Shown: positions 1 through 10,245 of the stretch, piece after piece
Numbering within the stretch: position 1 is the stretch's first letter
How the letters are laid out: every line of letters begins with the position of its first letter
Assembly: GCA_002269645.1 (NCBI GenBank)
Contig: NIVC01004677.1
Coordinates: forward strand, 1-38,418
Length of the DNA: 38,418 nucleotides
Origin: Macrostomum lignano
Taxonomy: Eukaryota
Direction of reading: 5' to 3'
The notes under the pieces: generated by a model
What the model saw: the letters and a program-made list of their open reading frames with translations, nothing else
What the model was told of the DNA's origin: nothing
Databases searched by the model: none
Position numbers and translations under genes: made by a program

Positions 1-56
1 TTGCAAGGCAAACAATAAAAATCTACTTCCAATTTGTTATTCCCAACTCTGTTTAG

Positions 57-3000
57 CTCGCGAAAAACTCCGCGACCTAACAAAAGAATTCGACAAGTCG
101 AGAGGACGCACTAAAGGCGCTTCAAAGTGTTGGCCAAATTGTTGGCGAAGTGCTTCGCCAGCTAACCGAGGAGAAATTCATTGTAAAGGCCACCAATGGG
201 CCGCGTTATGTTGTTGGCTGCCGGCGCAGTATCGACAAGAAACGGCTGAAGTCTGGCCCCGCGTGGCTCTCGACATGACCACCATGACTATTATGCGCTG
301 CCTGCCGCGCGAAGTAGATCCTCTAGTTTATAATATGAGCGCCGAGGATCCGGCGACGTGTCCTACGCTAGCATTGGCGGCCTGTCCGAGCAGATTCGCG
401 AGCTGCGCGAAGTTATCGAATTGCCGCTGCTTAATCCCGAGCTTTTCCAGCGTGTCGGCATCTCCCGCCTAAGGGCTGCCTGCTGTATGGCCCGCCTGGC
501 ACAGGTGAGTCTGACTGGCATAGATAGATAAATAATAGGGCGAAAAATGACACACACACAGTGCGAGAAAATTCACCCTTTCTTTAAAATTTAAATTCGA
601 AGAAATATACCAATATTTTGACCGAAACTAGGTCTTCGCCAGGGTATAATTGAGAAAAAAAGCTGTAATAAGGGGCGGCGCATTAAAACAATTTGGTAGT
701 ATTTGTCGTGAGTATAGAAGTACAAAATGGCCGTGCGAATTTCGTGAACAACTCGCCCAGAGTGCTCCGTGAAACGAAACACTATTGTGATACAGACGCT
801 TTTTTCAGTGATAACATGTGTTTAAACCTCCCAGAGTCTGAGTCTGTAGTAGTAAAGCGATGAGATTCTGCAATCTGCTCCATATTCCTCCGCCTGCGCT
901 AGGTTCCCTATTTAGTGGTCAGGCACTCAAGTACTGGGGAACCACAGACCCATAAAGCGCAAGTACTGAAGATTGCTTGTTGACCGAAAGTGTCTGGAGA
1001 TTGGGGTGTCCTTAGCCAATCTGATGTCGCTCTGATATGCTTGAAGTCGCCTACAGTCTCACGGACGTAGATACAGCAGTCATTGCAAGTCTTGCACATA
1101 ATGGCATACACCTTATTTCTAGAGTCAGCGGAATTTCTGACAAATATTTTTATCTCATTTTTGTTGCACTAGATCCTGGATAAACTTAGCTAAAGTGTAA
1201 TTCGCAACGGCGAGCGTATCGGAGAAACAGATTTCACTAAATCCTTGAATGTTTGCTTTGACTGAAATGACTCCAGATGCAAGATCTGGCGTGAATCGGT
1301 GGGTTTGAAGTAGATAGAGCACGTCTCTTTTTTGTTGCCTCCGTCAGTCAGACTGACACAGCAGTCCAGGAAGTAATTAAATCTTCTCTCCGCTGCATTG
1401 CATCGTGAGTCGGATGTTGCTATCGAATCCATTCAGATGCCTGTGCATCTCCTTTAGTTCGATTTCAGTGCCGACGAAAACCATAAAAATGTAGCGCTTG
1501 AAAAAGCAAAGAGTCAGCAAAACTGCTTTTGAAGCTTTGGATCCCCCAGACAAACAAATATGTTGGCGTAGGATGGCGCAAAGGCCTTTCTCATGCTTGT
1601 GCCTTTGAATTGAAGATAGCGCGTGTCGTTGAAAACCAAAGTCATTTTTGTTCAAGTTAATTTGCAGGGGCGCAAGTAGTGGTTATCGGGCCTTGAGATT
1701 TAGTAACTTTTTTGAAGGCATCTCTATTGGATTTACATAGATTCAACGTCGATTTTTACCAAAAACACTTGTCTTTGTTAAAAAGTCAAATCATTGATGG
1801 GAATGATAGCCGCTTGAAGTTTATAAGAAGAAAGAAACACCAAAACAAGCATGTTTAAAGCCAACGCGTTTCGACGCAAACCGTCATCAAGGCATGCCAC
1901 AGCAATCATCACGACAAATATATTTAAAAACAAATCCAGTACTAAGGCAATAGACAGAATGATTTCATTTAGGTCCGGTCGATAAATAAGCGTGCAATAT
2001 AATACATTACAACACTTGGCTGCTGGCCGCATTCACGAAACCTACTAGTTTTTTGCACTTTGCCATAGACAATATTTATGACTTTCAAGGCGGATTGGCC
2101 AGATAGTGTGACCTTGTCTGACAGATTGAGATTCCCTGCCTGGCGGTTCAATTTGTCCACAGTACTTCGGACGCTGTCGGTTGCCTCGATATCCACCACT
2201 GAGTCAAGTGTGTAAATTTTGTCTCTAGAAAGGGCTTGCGACAATGATTCACGATTACATCTGCAAATCGTCTTGGTAGGTCATGACAACAAGGAAAGAG
2301 AATGACCGCTTTGACAGATGAGCTACAGTTTTCAACTGCCCACGTATCGCTTCGATTACTATAGGAGGGTCAAACCCAAATTGTACATCTGGATTATATA
2401 GAGACTTTCGTCGTCGCCGATCGTTATTGTTGACTTTTCAACAGGAGGCAGTTTCCAGTCCTTATGTCTTTTGCGGGCGTTAATCTGGCTAGATTGAGAA
2501 AGTGCCTATTGAGGTAGCGTCTGTTCATGACTGTCTCCATTGCTATTGTCATGAATGTGTTATTATGAGTACACTATCCTACGCCGGGCCAGTCTGGCCG
2601 TCCGGCGTCCTCCCCCCTCAGATGTTTTCTGACTCACCCACCTTCACTTCTGAGCGTGCGTAGCCCCCAACCCCCCTCTGCCTAGGCATTGTCTGTTTAT
2701 TGAACCCCCTTCTTTGCGTGCGACCCCACCCCATTTTTTAAGTCTAGCTGCCGCCCCTATAGTTTGTGATTGGCTGCCAGACTGCCGTCCCAGTCTGCCG
2801 TGTTGCGCTCTCGGCGATTGGCTGGTACTTCTCATTTTGGTCCCATGTTGTTGTCTAAGCCCCCTGTTGCCGCTTTCATCCCGCGCCCTCGACCCCAGTT
2901 TGCTGCCTATATATTCAGACCCCGTGAGACCCCATTTCCGTCGTCCGCGTTGGCTCCCCGGTGATTTGTGCCAGCGTTGGTTGCTATTACAATAAATTTT

Positions 3001-4830
3001 CCTAAAAAATAGAAATCCAAATAAAGAATACCAAGAAGACTCCCACTGCTCTGTCGGCGCTGTTTCCGGGTTGAACGACCGAAATCGCGGCTGGTAAGCC
3101 TTCCACCTTGCAAGTCATTTGTTGTTCCCTCCCCTGCGCAGTTGTCACAGGGCTGACGGCTTGGTGGAGTCCATTCGAACACGCCACATCAGACAAGAGG
3201 TTTCAAACGGGTACCCCCAGTGAGCTGGTGGTTTGTTTCGTTAAAGTCACGTTTTCAACAGAAAAAATTAATCTAACCTTTCTTAGCAGCACTCGTACGA
3301 CTCGTACATTCAGGTACCTTAGTTTGATGGCAATGCGTTTCAGCCGAGTTTGCAGAAGATCACGGCTGCAGCTGTATCGTCTGCCAAGGTCTTTCGCCAC
3401 CGGTTTCTTGCCAGCCGGTTTCCCAATCAGGAGGATCGACGTCCTTCCTGGCTTCCAGTAATTAGTTACTTGACCTGACGGCGATTCCGGACGCGGCGGT
3501 CGTCAGTGCCCCACTGAATTCCGACGTTGTTGACGGTGGCCGTCCGTCCTGTCTTGTGCGGCGCGGTCACTTGGGCGATTTCTTTGGCGATCACCAAATT
3601 TCTTCGGCTGTCAGCCATGTTGTGGAAGCTGACACTGCACTGTCGATCACACACCTTGGTAGTATTGACATTATAGACGACTTTCGATTGTTAAGGATCC
3701 TTCGCTTAGCGGTTATATGAACTGTACAAGCTTCGACTGGAAAATTTTGAAATTACTGCACTGGTCCCAGGAGAAGTTAAAGCGAAAAAACCACACACAC
3801 AGTGCAAGCAGATTCACAATTTCTTTATTTAAATACGAAGAAATATAATATATAGATAGATATAATGATAATTCGTATAGATAGGTATACGATTCGTATA
3901 CGATCGTATAGATCGTATAGATATGTTAATATATATAAAGCTGTATTGAACTTATTGAAGAGAGAGCTAGTTTCGCCAGTCGGATCCCCCATTGCTCTGC
4001 ACATCCAGGCAAAACTCTGCTGGCCCGCGCCATCGCTTCGTCAATTGACGCCAAATTCCTAAAAGTGGTGTCCTCGTCAATCGTTGACAAGTACATCGGC
4101 GAGAGCGCCCGCCTGATTCGCGAGATGTTCGGCTACGCCCGAGAGCACGAGCCCTGCATCATCTTCATGGACGAGATCGACGCCATCGGCGGTCGCCGGT
4201 TCAGCGAGGGCACGTCGGCTGATCGAGAGATTCAGCGGACGCTCATGGAGGTGCGTTTTACTTATTATTTGCAGAGAAGACTATCCACCCCTTGACCTTT
4301 ACAATACGCCCCTTCAGTCTCACAATACGCCCCTGTCAGCCTCACCATCCGCCCCGTCAGCCTCACAATCCGCCCCGTCAGCCTCACGATCCGCCCCTCC
4401 AATCTTAAATCTGCCCCTCAATCCACCCGGTTGGCAGCTCCTAAACCAGATGGACGGTTTCGATGCCCTGGGCGCGGTGAAGATCATCATGGCCACTAAC
4501 CGACCGGACACCCTGGACCCTGCCCTGCTCCGGCCCGGCCGACTCGATCGCAAAGTTGAAATCCAGCTGCCAAACGAGCTGGGCAGGCTGGACATTCTCA
4601 AGATCCACTCCGGGCCCATAGCCAAGCACGGCGAAGTTGACTGGGAGGCGGTCGTAAAGCTGTCGGACGGCTTCAATGGTGCCGATCTGCGCAACGTGTG
4701 CACGGAGGCCGGCATGTTCGCTATCAGGGCCGAGCGAGACTACGTCATCGAGGAGGACTTTATGAAGGCTGTGCGTAAGATTGCCGACACTAAGAAGCTG
4801 GAGACCAAGCTGGATTACAAGCCGGTATAA
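57..4830 (+). CDS. PSMC6: 26S proteasome regulatory AAA-ATPase subunit Rpt4 (subunit 10B), 5'-partial; exons 57-504, 4009-4250, 4438-4830
   Basis: The spliced translation follows PSMC6 closely: [36 protein letters not shown], a Walker A GPPGT|GKT split by a phase-1 intron, Walker [32 protein letters not shown]|[34 protein letters not shown], and C-terminal KLDYKPV*. All junctions are GT-AG. The first exon needs 4 single-base indel corrections (about 101, 258, 352, 464). Confidence 0.95.
800..2330 (-). mobile_element. Decayed Penelope-like retroelement (RT + C-terminal GIY-YIG endonuclease), Neptune-like, in Rpt4 intron
   Basis: Motifs occur in the expected order on the minus strand, across frameshifts: [30 protein letters not shown] (~1650-1555); [32 protein letters not shown] (~1500-1400); [31 protein letters not shown] (thumb, ~1380-1260); [19 protein letters not shown] (GIY-YIG, ~1111-1055); terminal GGLN (~815). 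The Neptune assignment is an inference from the RT motif wording. Confidence 0.85.
4301..4398. repeat. 21-bp minisatellite (ACAATCCGCCCCGTCAGCCTC), about 4.6 copies, in Rpt4 intron 4251-4437
   Basis: Units start at 4301, 4322, 4344, 4365 and 4386. Confidence 0.85.
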
Positions 4831-5423
4831 ATAATATCGTTAGCGTGTGTATACTGCTACTGGGCTGGTAGTAGACTGAACTGCAAGTTGTAGCTGTAAT
4901 GTAAACTGCTCTTTTGTCTTAACTTGTGTTTGCCTAATGCTTAGGCTATGAATGCGGGTCTCAACAACTGGGGGGGGGGGGTGTTTATTTTCTCGCATAA
5001 ACAAGTCTAATAAGTTTTTTCTCTTTCGTCTTATTACGCAAATCCAGCAGCGGCTTTGCCAACCTCTCGTACAGCGCATTGAACTATTTACTATAAAGTG
5101 CATCGGCAAGGTGTGTCTGAAGTAGACTGAACTTTCGGTTATTCGCACCACTGTGTAACCCTGCCGTGTTGCTGTGCTTGTCTATCAGAATAATTAAATT
5201 TATAAAGTCCAAGTTAGTAGCCCATTGTTCACTTTATTACATGATTTATGCAATGCAAACCAACATTTTTCATTTGCACTTTTTCGCTTGCGTTCAATTT
5301 CTTTTTAACTTTTAAAGAAATTCATTAGACATCTCATTTCATTTTTCTTATTGTACGAGTATTGTTTTATTGTGTATGAAGGGTAACAAGTAGTTGGCCA
5401 AAAACAGAGTAATCAAGAAGGTT

Positions 5424-6210
5424 AGATGATTCACTGGCAGGTGAGGCACTCAGGTATCATCAGGAAGGGCAGATGATTCACTGGCAGGTGAGGCACTCAG
5501 GTATCATCAGGAAGGGCAGATGATTCACTGCCAGGTGAGGCACTCGATATCATCAGGAAGGGCAGATGATTCACTGTTAGGTGAGACACTCAGGTATCAT
5601 CAGGAAGGGCAGATGATTCACTGTTAGGTGAGACACTCAGGTATCATCAGGAAGGGCAGATGATTCACTGTTAGGTGAGACACTCAGGTATCATCAGGAA
5701 GGGCAGATGATTCACTGTTAGGTGAGACACTCAGGTATCATCAGGAAGGGCAGATGATTCACTGTTAGGTGAGACACTCGATATCATCAGGAAGGGTAGA
5801 TGATTCACTGTTAGGTGAGACACTCAGGTATCATCAGGAAGGGCAGATGATTCACTGTTAGGTGAGACACTCAGGTATCATCAGGAAGGGCAGATGATTC
5901 ACTGTTAGGTGAGACACTCAGGTATCATCAGGAAGGGCAGATGATTCACTGTTAAGTGAGACACTCAGGTATCATCAGGAAGGGCAGATGATTCACTGTT
6001 AGGTGAGACACTCGATATCATCAGGAAGGGTAGATGATTCACTGCCAGGTGAGGCACTCGATATCATCAGGAAGGGTAGATGATTCACTGCCAGGTGAGG
6101 CACTCGATATCATCAGGAAGGGCAGATGATTCACTGTTAGGTGAGGCAGTCAGGTATCATCAGGAAGGGTAGATGATTCACTGCCAGGTGAGTCCATCAG
6201 ATATCATCAG
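5424..6210. repeat. 47-bp minisatellite (AGATGATTCACTGTTAGGTGAGACACTCAGGTATCATCAGGAAGGGC), about 17 copies
   Basis: Direct periodicity, e.g. 5424 to 5471. Confidence 0.95.
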
Positions 6211-6758
6211 TTTATGCATATGTAAACTTGAGGACTTCCATGTGAACTCGAGTTTGGTCATATTTTATCTCGACAGCTCATCGAGCTTGCGTGCGCCTTG
6301 GAGCTGTTAAGCGGGATTTTTTTATCTGATAGAATGAGAAATCAAAATGATGGGATCTTCTTAGGTGTTCAAATTGACTTACAGACCGGCACTTAAGCAG
6401 GTGAAAATGAAAGTCTGCTGACCGATGCGGTGTTAATTAGTTGCTGGCACGCATCTTGATCGCTCTTCACTGCGAACTCCGATGAACTTTCCAATTAAGT
6501 AAGACTCAATTCGTTGGTGCCTCTTTTATGACTAATTATCTGTTCTGTAGGTTTTTGAGGGCCAGGTGAAGCGGAAACCTTGGGGAGAATTTTTTAGATG
6601 ATGATTAAAAATCAGTCTCAGCTTGTCTAACGACTACATACAAGCCTTGCTTCTTTTATTGAGGCGTTTATTATATAAGCGACTATTTTAAATCCTGACT
6701 TCTTCAAAATCGCTTTTTCCGTTTTCCCGTTTTTGATCCGGCTTTCAAGTGTGCCATA

Positions 6759-7697
6759 AGATTTGTTATACCGGTGTCCGGATGTGAGATTTGTTATACC
6801 GGTGTCCGGATGTGAGATTTGTTATACCGGTGTCCGGATGTGAGATTTGTTATACCGGTGTCCGGATGTGAGATTTGTTATACCGGTGTCCGGATGTGAG
6901 TTTTGTTATACCAGTGTCCGGATGTGAGTTTTGTTATACCGGTGTCCGAATGTGAGATTTGTTACACCGGTGTCCGGATGTGAGATTTGTTATACCAGTG
7001 TCCGAATGTGAGTTTTGTTATACCGGTGTCCGGATGTGAGATTTGTTATACCGGTGTCCGGATGTGAGATTTGTTATACCGGTGTCCGGATGTGAGATTT
7101 GTTATACCAGTGTCCGGATGTGAGATTTGTTATACCGGTGTCCGAATGTGAGATTTGTTATACCGGTGTCCGGATGTGAGATTTGTTATACCGGTGTCCG
7201 GATGTGAGATTTGTTATACCGGTGTCCGGATGTGAGATTTGTTATACCGGTGTCCGGATGTGAGATTTGTTATACCGGTGTCCGGATGTGAGATTTGTTA
7301 TACCGGTGTCCGGATGTGAGTTTTGTTATACCAGTGTCCGGATGTGAGTTTTGTTATACCGGTGTCCGAATGTGAGATTTGTTACACCGGTGTCCGGATG
7401 TGAGATTTGTTATACCAGTGTCCGAATGTGAGATTTGTTATACCGGTGTCCGGATGTGAGATTTGTTATACCGGTGTCCGGATGTGAGATTTGTTATACC
7501 GGTGTCCGGATGTGAGATTTGTTATACCAGTGTCCGGATGTGAGATTTGTTATACCGGTGTCCGAATGTGAGATTTGTTATACCGGTGTCCGGATGTGAG
7601 ATTTGTTATACCGGTGTCCGGATGTGAGATTTGTTATACCGGTGTCCGGATGTGAGATTTGTTATACCGGTGTCCGGATGTGAGATTTGTTATACCG
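6759..7697. repeat. 28-bp minisatellite (GATGTGAGATTTGTTATACCGGTGTCCG), about 33 copies
   Basis: Direct periodicity, e.g. 6781 to 6809. Confidence 0.95.
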
Positions 7698-8651
7698 ACT
7701 ATAGTACACCATATTCTCATATTGTACTTTTTAACGTCAAACTCTCTGGTAAGAGATTCGGTACACTCATGTCCAGCTTGCGTTTCCATTCGCTGAGTCC
7801 ATCCATTTCTGCAATTAGCAATAAGTGAGTCCTGCAGCACCTCCCGCTATTCAATTCTACTTTGCTACCTCAAGTGTCAGGCGGACATATAATTTACAGT
7901 ATTTTTCCCGGCTCCCAGCCCAATGCGCCAGAGGCCATCGTCATTTAGCGCCATAAATAATCAGGCGTTAAAAGCGGACAGCCCTTGCGATCAGGAAACG
8001 GCGCGTGGGTGCCCAGGCAGAGTCCAGCGTAACCAACTAGCTAAGTCGTAAATATTATTCCATTTTGCTAAGCGGGGATTTTATCCCCATAAATTCTATA
8101 GGCGTACCCAACGGCGCTCACGCCCCATCTCTCTCTGTAATCGGCACTTAAACAGGGTAATACACGACCATACCCAACACCATTGTGGTGGCCTATGGGC
8201 TTCAGTATGCGGTTTAGTGTCTCGACCGTAGTAGCCAGCCATCTCTCGTGGGAGCGCCTTCCTCTCTGCACCCCCCCCCCTGTGCATCTCCCTCTAGATT
8301 CTGATGCAGCTATTTATTCTATCGTATCAGTAGCAGATTTATGTGTGCCTGCACTGTTGCCAGACTGATTATGAAGCTGCAATACTGTCTAGTAATTCTA
8401 GTACTGCAGTACTTGTAACAATATAGTAACTTGCTGCTATACACATATACATCCTAAGCGAATATTAAGGTTCACCCTGCTAAAGTCAAAAGCCAAGACC
8501 TCCTAAGTTATTTATCTGGATTAGAAATAAATATCAACACTAAGAGGCCAGTTCGCTTTGCCTTCAGCCAATTTTAAAATCTGTCTAAACTGCATTTCTA
8601 AAATGCGGCTGTAGTGTGACAGGCTGGCTTTACAGGCTGGCTACAGGCCTC

Positions 8652-9320
8652 GTCTCCCTCTACCTCCCCATTTTCCTCTACCTCCCCATCTCCCTTTATC
8701 TCTCCACCTTCCTCTACCTCCTTACCTCTCTCCCTCATCTCTCTCTACCTCTCCACCTTCCTCTACCTCCTTACCTCTCTCCCTCATCTCCCTCTACCTC
8801 TCCATCTCACTCTACCTCCTTACCTCTCTCCCTCATCTCCCTCTACCTGTCCACCTTCCTCTACCTCCCCATCTCCCTTTATCTCTCCACCTTCCTCTAC
8901 CTCCTTACCTCTCTCCCTCATCTCCCTCTACCTCTCCATCTCACTCTACCTCCTTATCTCTCTCCCTCATCTCCCTCTACCTCTCCACCTCCCTCTACCT
9001 CCTTACCTCTCTCCCTCATCTCCCTCTACCTCTTCACCTCCCTCTACCTCCTTACCTCTCTCCCTCATCTCCCTCTACCTCTCCACCTTCCTCTACCTCC
9101 TTATCTCTCTCCCTCATCTCCCTCTACCTCTCCACCTCCCTCTAACTCCTTACCTCTTTCCCTCATCTCCCTCTACCTCTCCACCTCCCTCTCCCTCCTT
9201 ACCTCTCTCCCTCATCTCCCTCTACCTCTCCACCTCACTCTACCTCCTTACCTCTCTCCCTCATCTCCCTCTACCCCTCCACCTCACTCTACCTCCTCAT
9301 CTCCTTTTTTCACGTCTCCC
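8652..9320. repeat. CT-rich (polypyrimidine) low-complexity repeat
   Basis: The + strand is almost only C/T with scattered A (CTCTACCTC/CTCCCTCATCT modules). The 239-aa ORF here is a repeat artefact. Confidence 0.9.
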
Positions 9321-9730
9321 TCTGACTCCCTGTAAGCCCGGTAGGCACTGTCTCCTGGACCGTCGACTATTTTTCTCATTAATATTCACTGGCACTGCCC
9401 AACCAATCAGAGCCAAGCTGCAACCCTATTCGCTGGCTAGTGGGTGCAGCAGCTGGTAAAGCAAAATATCATACATTAGCCAACACAGTGAGTCGCCTGG
9501 GCCAATATGCTGATATTGCCTCCACAAATTCGCATCTAATTCTCAGCAGAACTGGATTTAGCAACCATTGGGAACTTCGTCTCAGCCGAACTGATTTGGA
9601 AAGACATTTTTCGGCATCAGGTTGCAGATAATTAGCAAGGTGAGCGGATTTTTTATTTGGCTTTCACTTTCTACTAAAGTGTGGTATGCAACCTCTTAAT
9701 TTATTGATAAGGGGAATGACTACTAAATGT

Positions 9731-10113
9731 ACACTGTGACTACCACACTCTGACTACCACACTGTGACTACCAAACTCTGACTACCACACTGTGACTACC
9801 ACACTGTGACTACCACACTGTGACTACCACACTGTGACTACCACACTGTGACTACCACACTGTGACTACCACACTCTGACTACCACACTGTGACTACCAC
9901 ACTGTGACTACCACAATCTGACTACCACACTGTGACTACCACACTGTGACTACCACACCGACTACCACACTGGGACTACCAAACTCTGACTAACACATTC
10001 TGACTACCACACTCTGACACACACTGTGACTACCACACTCTGACTACCACAATCTGACTACCACAATCTGACTACCACAATCTGACCATCCACTCTGACT
10101 ACCACAGTGACTA
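9731..10113. repeat. 14-bp minisatellite (TGACTACCACACTG), about 27 copies, just upstream of the TRIM9-like start
   Basis: Direct periodicity. Confidence 0.95.
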
Positions 10114-10245
10114 ACAGAGACAAAGTACTCTACGCTTTAATCAACAAAATGCCGGCAAACCAATAAATTACTCGTAATATTTCGCAGGACAGCACCCACC
10201 CCCTACCTCTGCATCTCCCAGTCTGTCTGCCAGTCTCTCTTCGCA

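Noticed and set aside
2520-2612. Two hairpins upstream of the Penelope-like element as a pLTR hammerhead
   Set aside because: The stems exist (TTCATGAC/GTCATGAA; ACGCCGG/CCGGCGT), but neither strand has CTGATGA and GAAA cores around them.
5424-6210. Hammerhead ribozyme satellite (the minus strand of each unit contains CTGATGA)
   Set aside because: The second core reads GAAT rather than GAAA, stem II does not close next to the core, and there is no room for stems I and III in a 47-nt unit.
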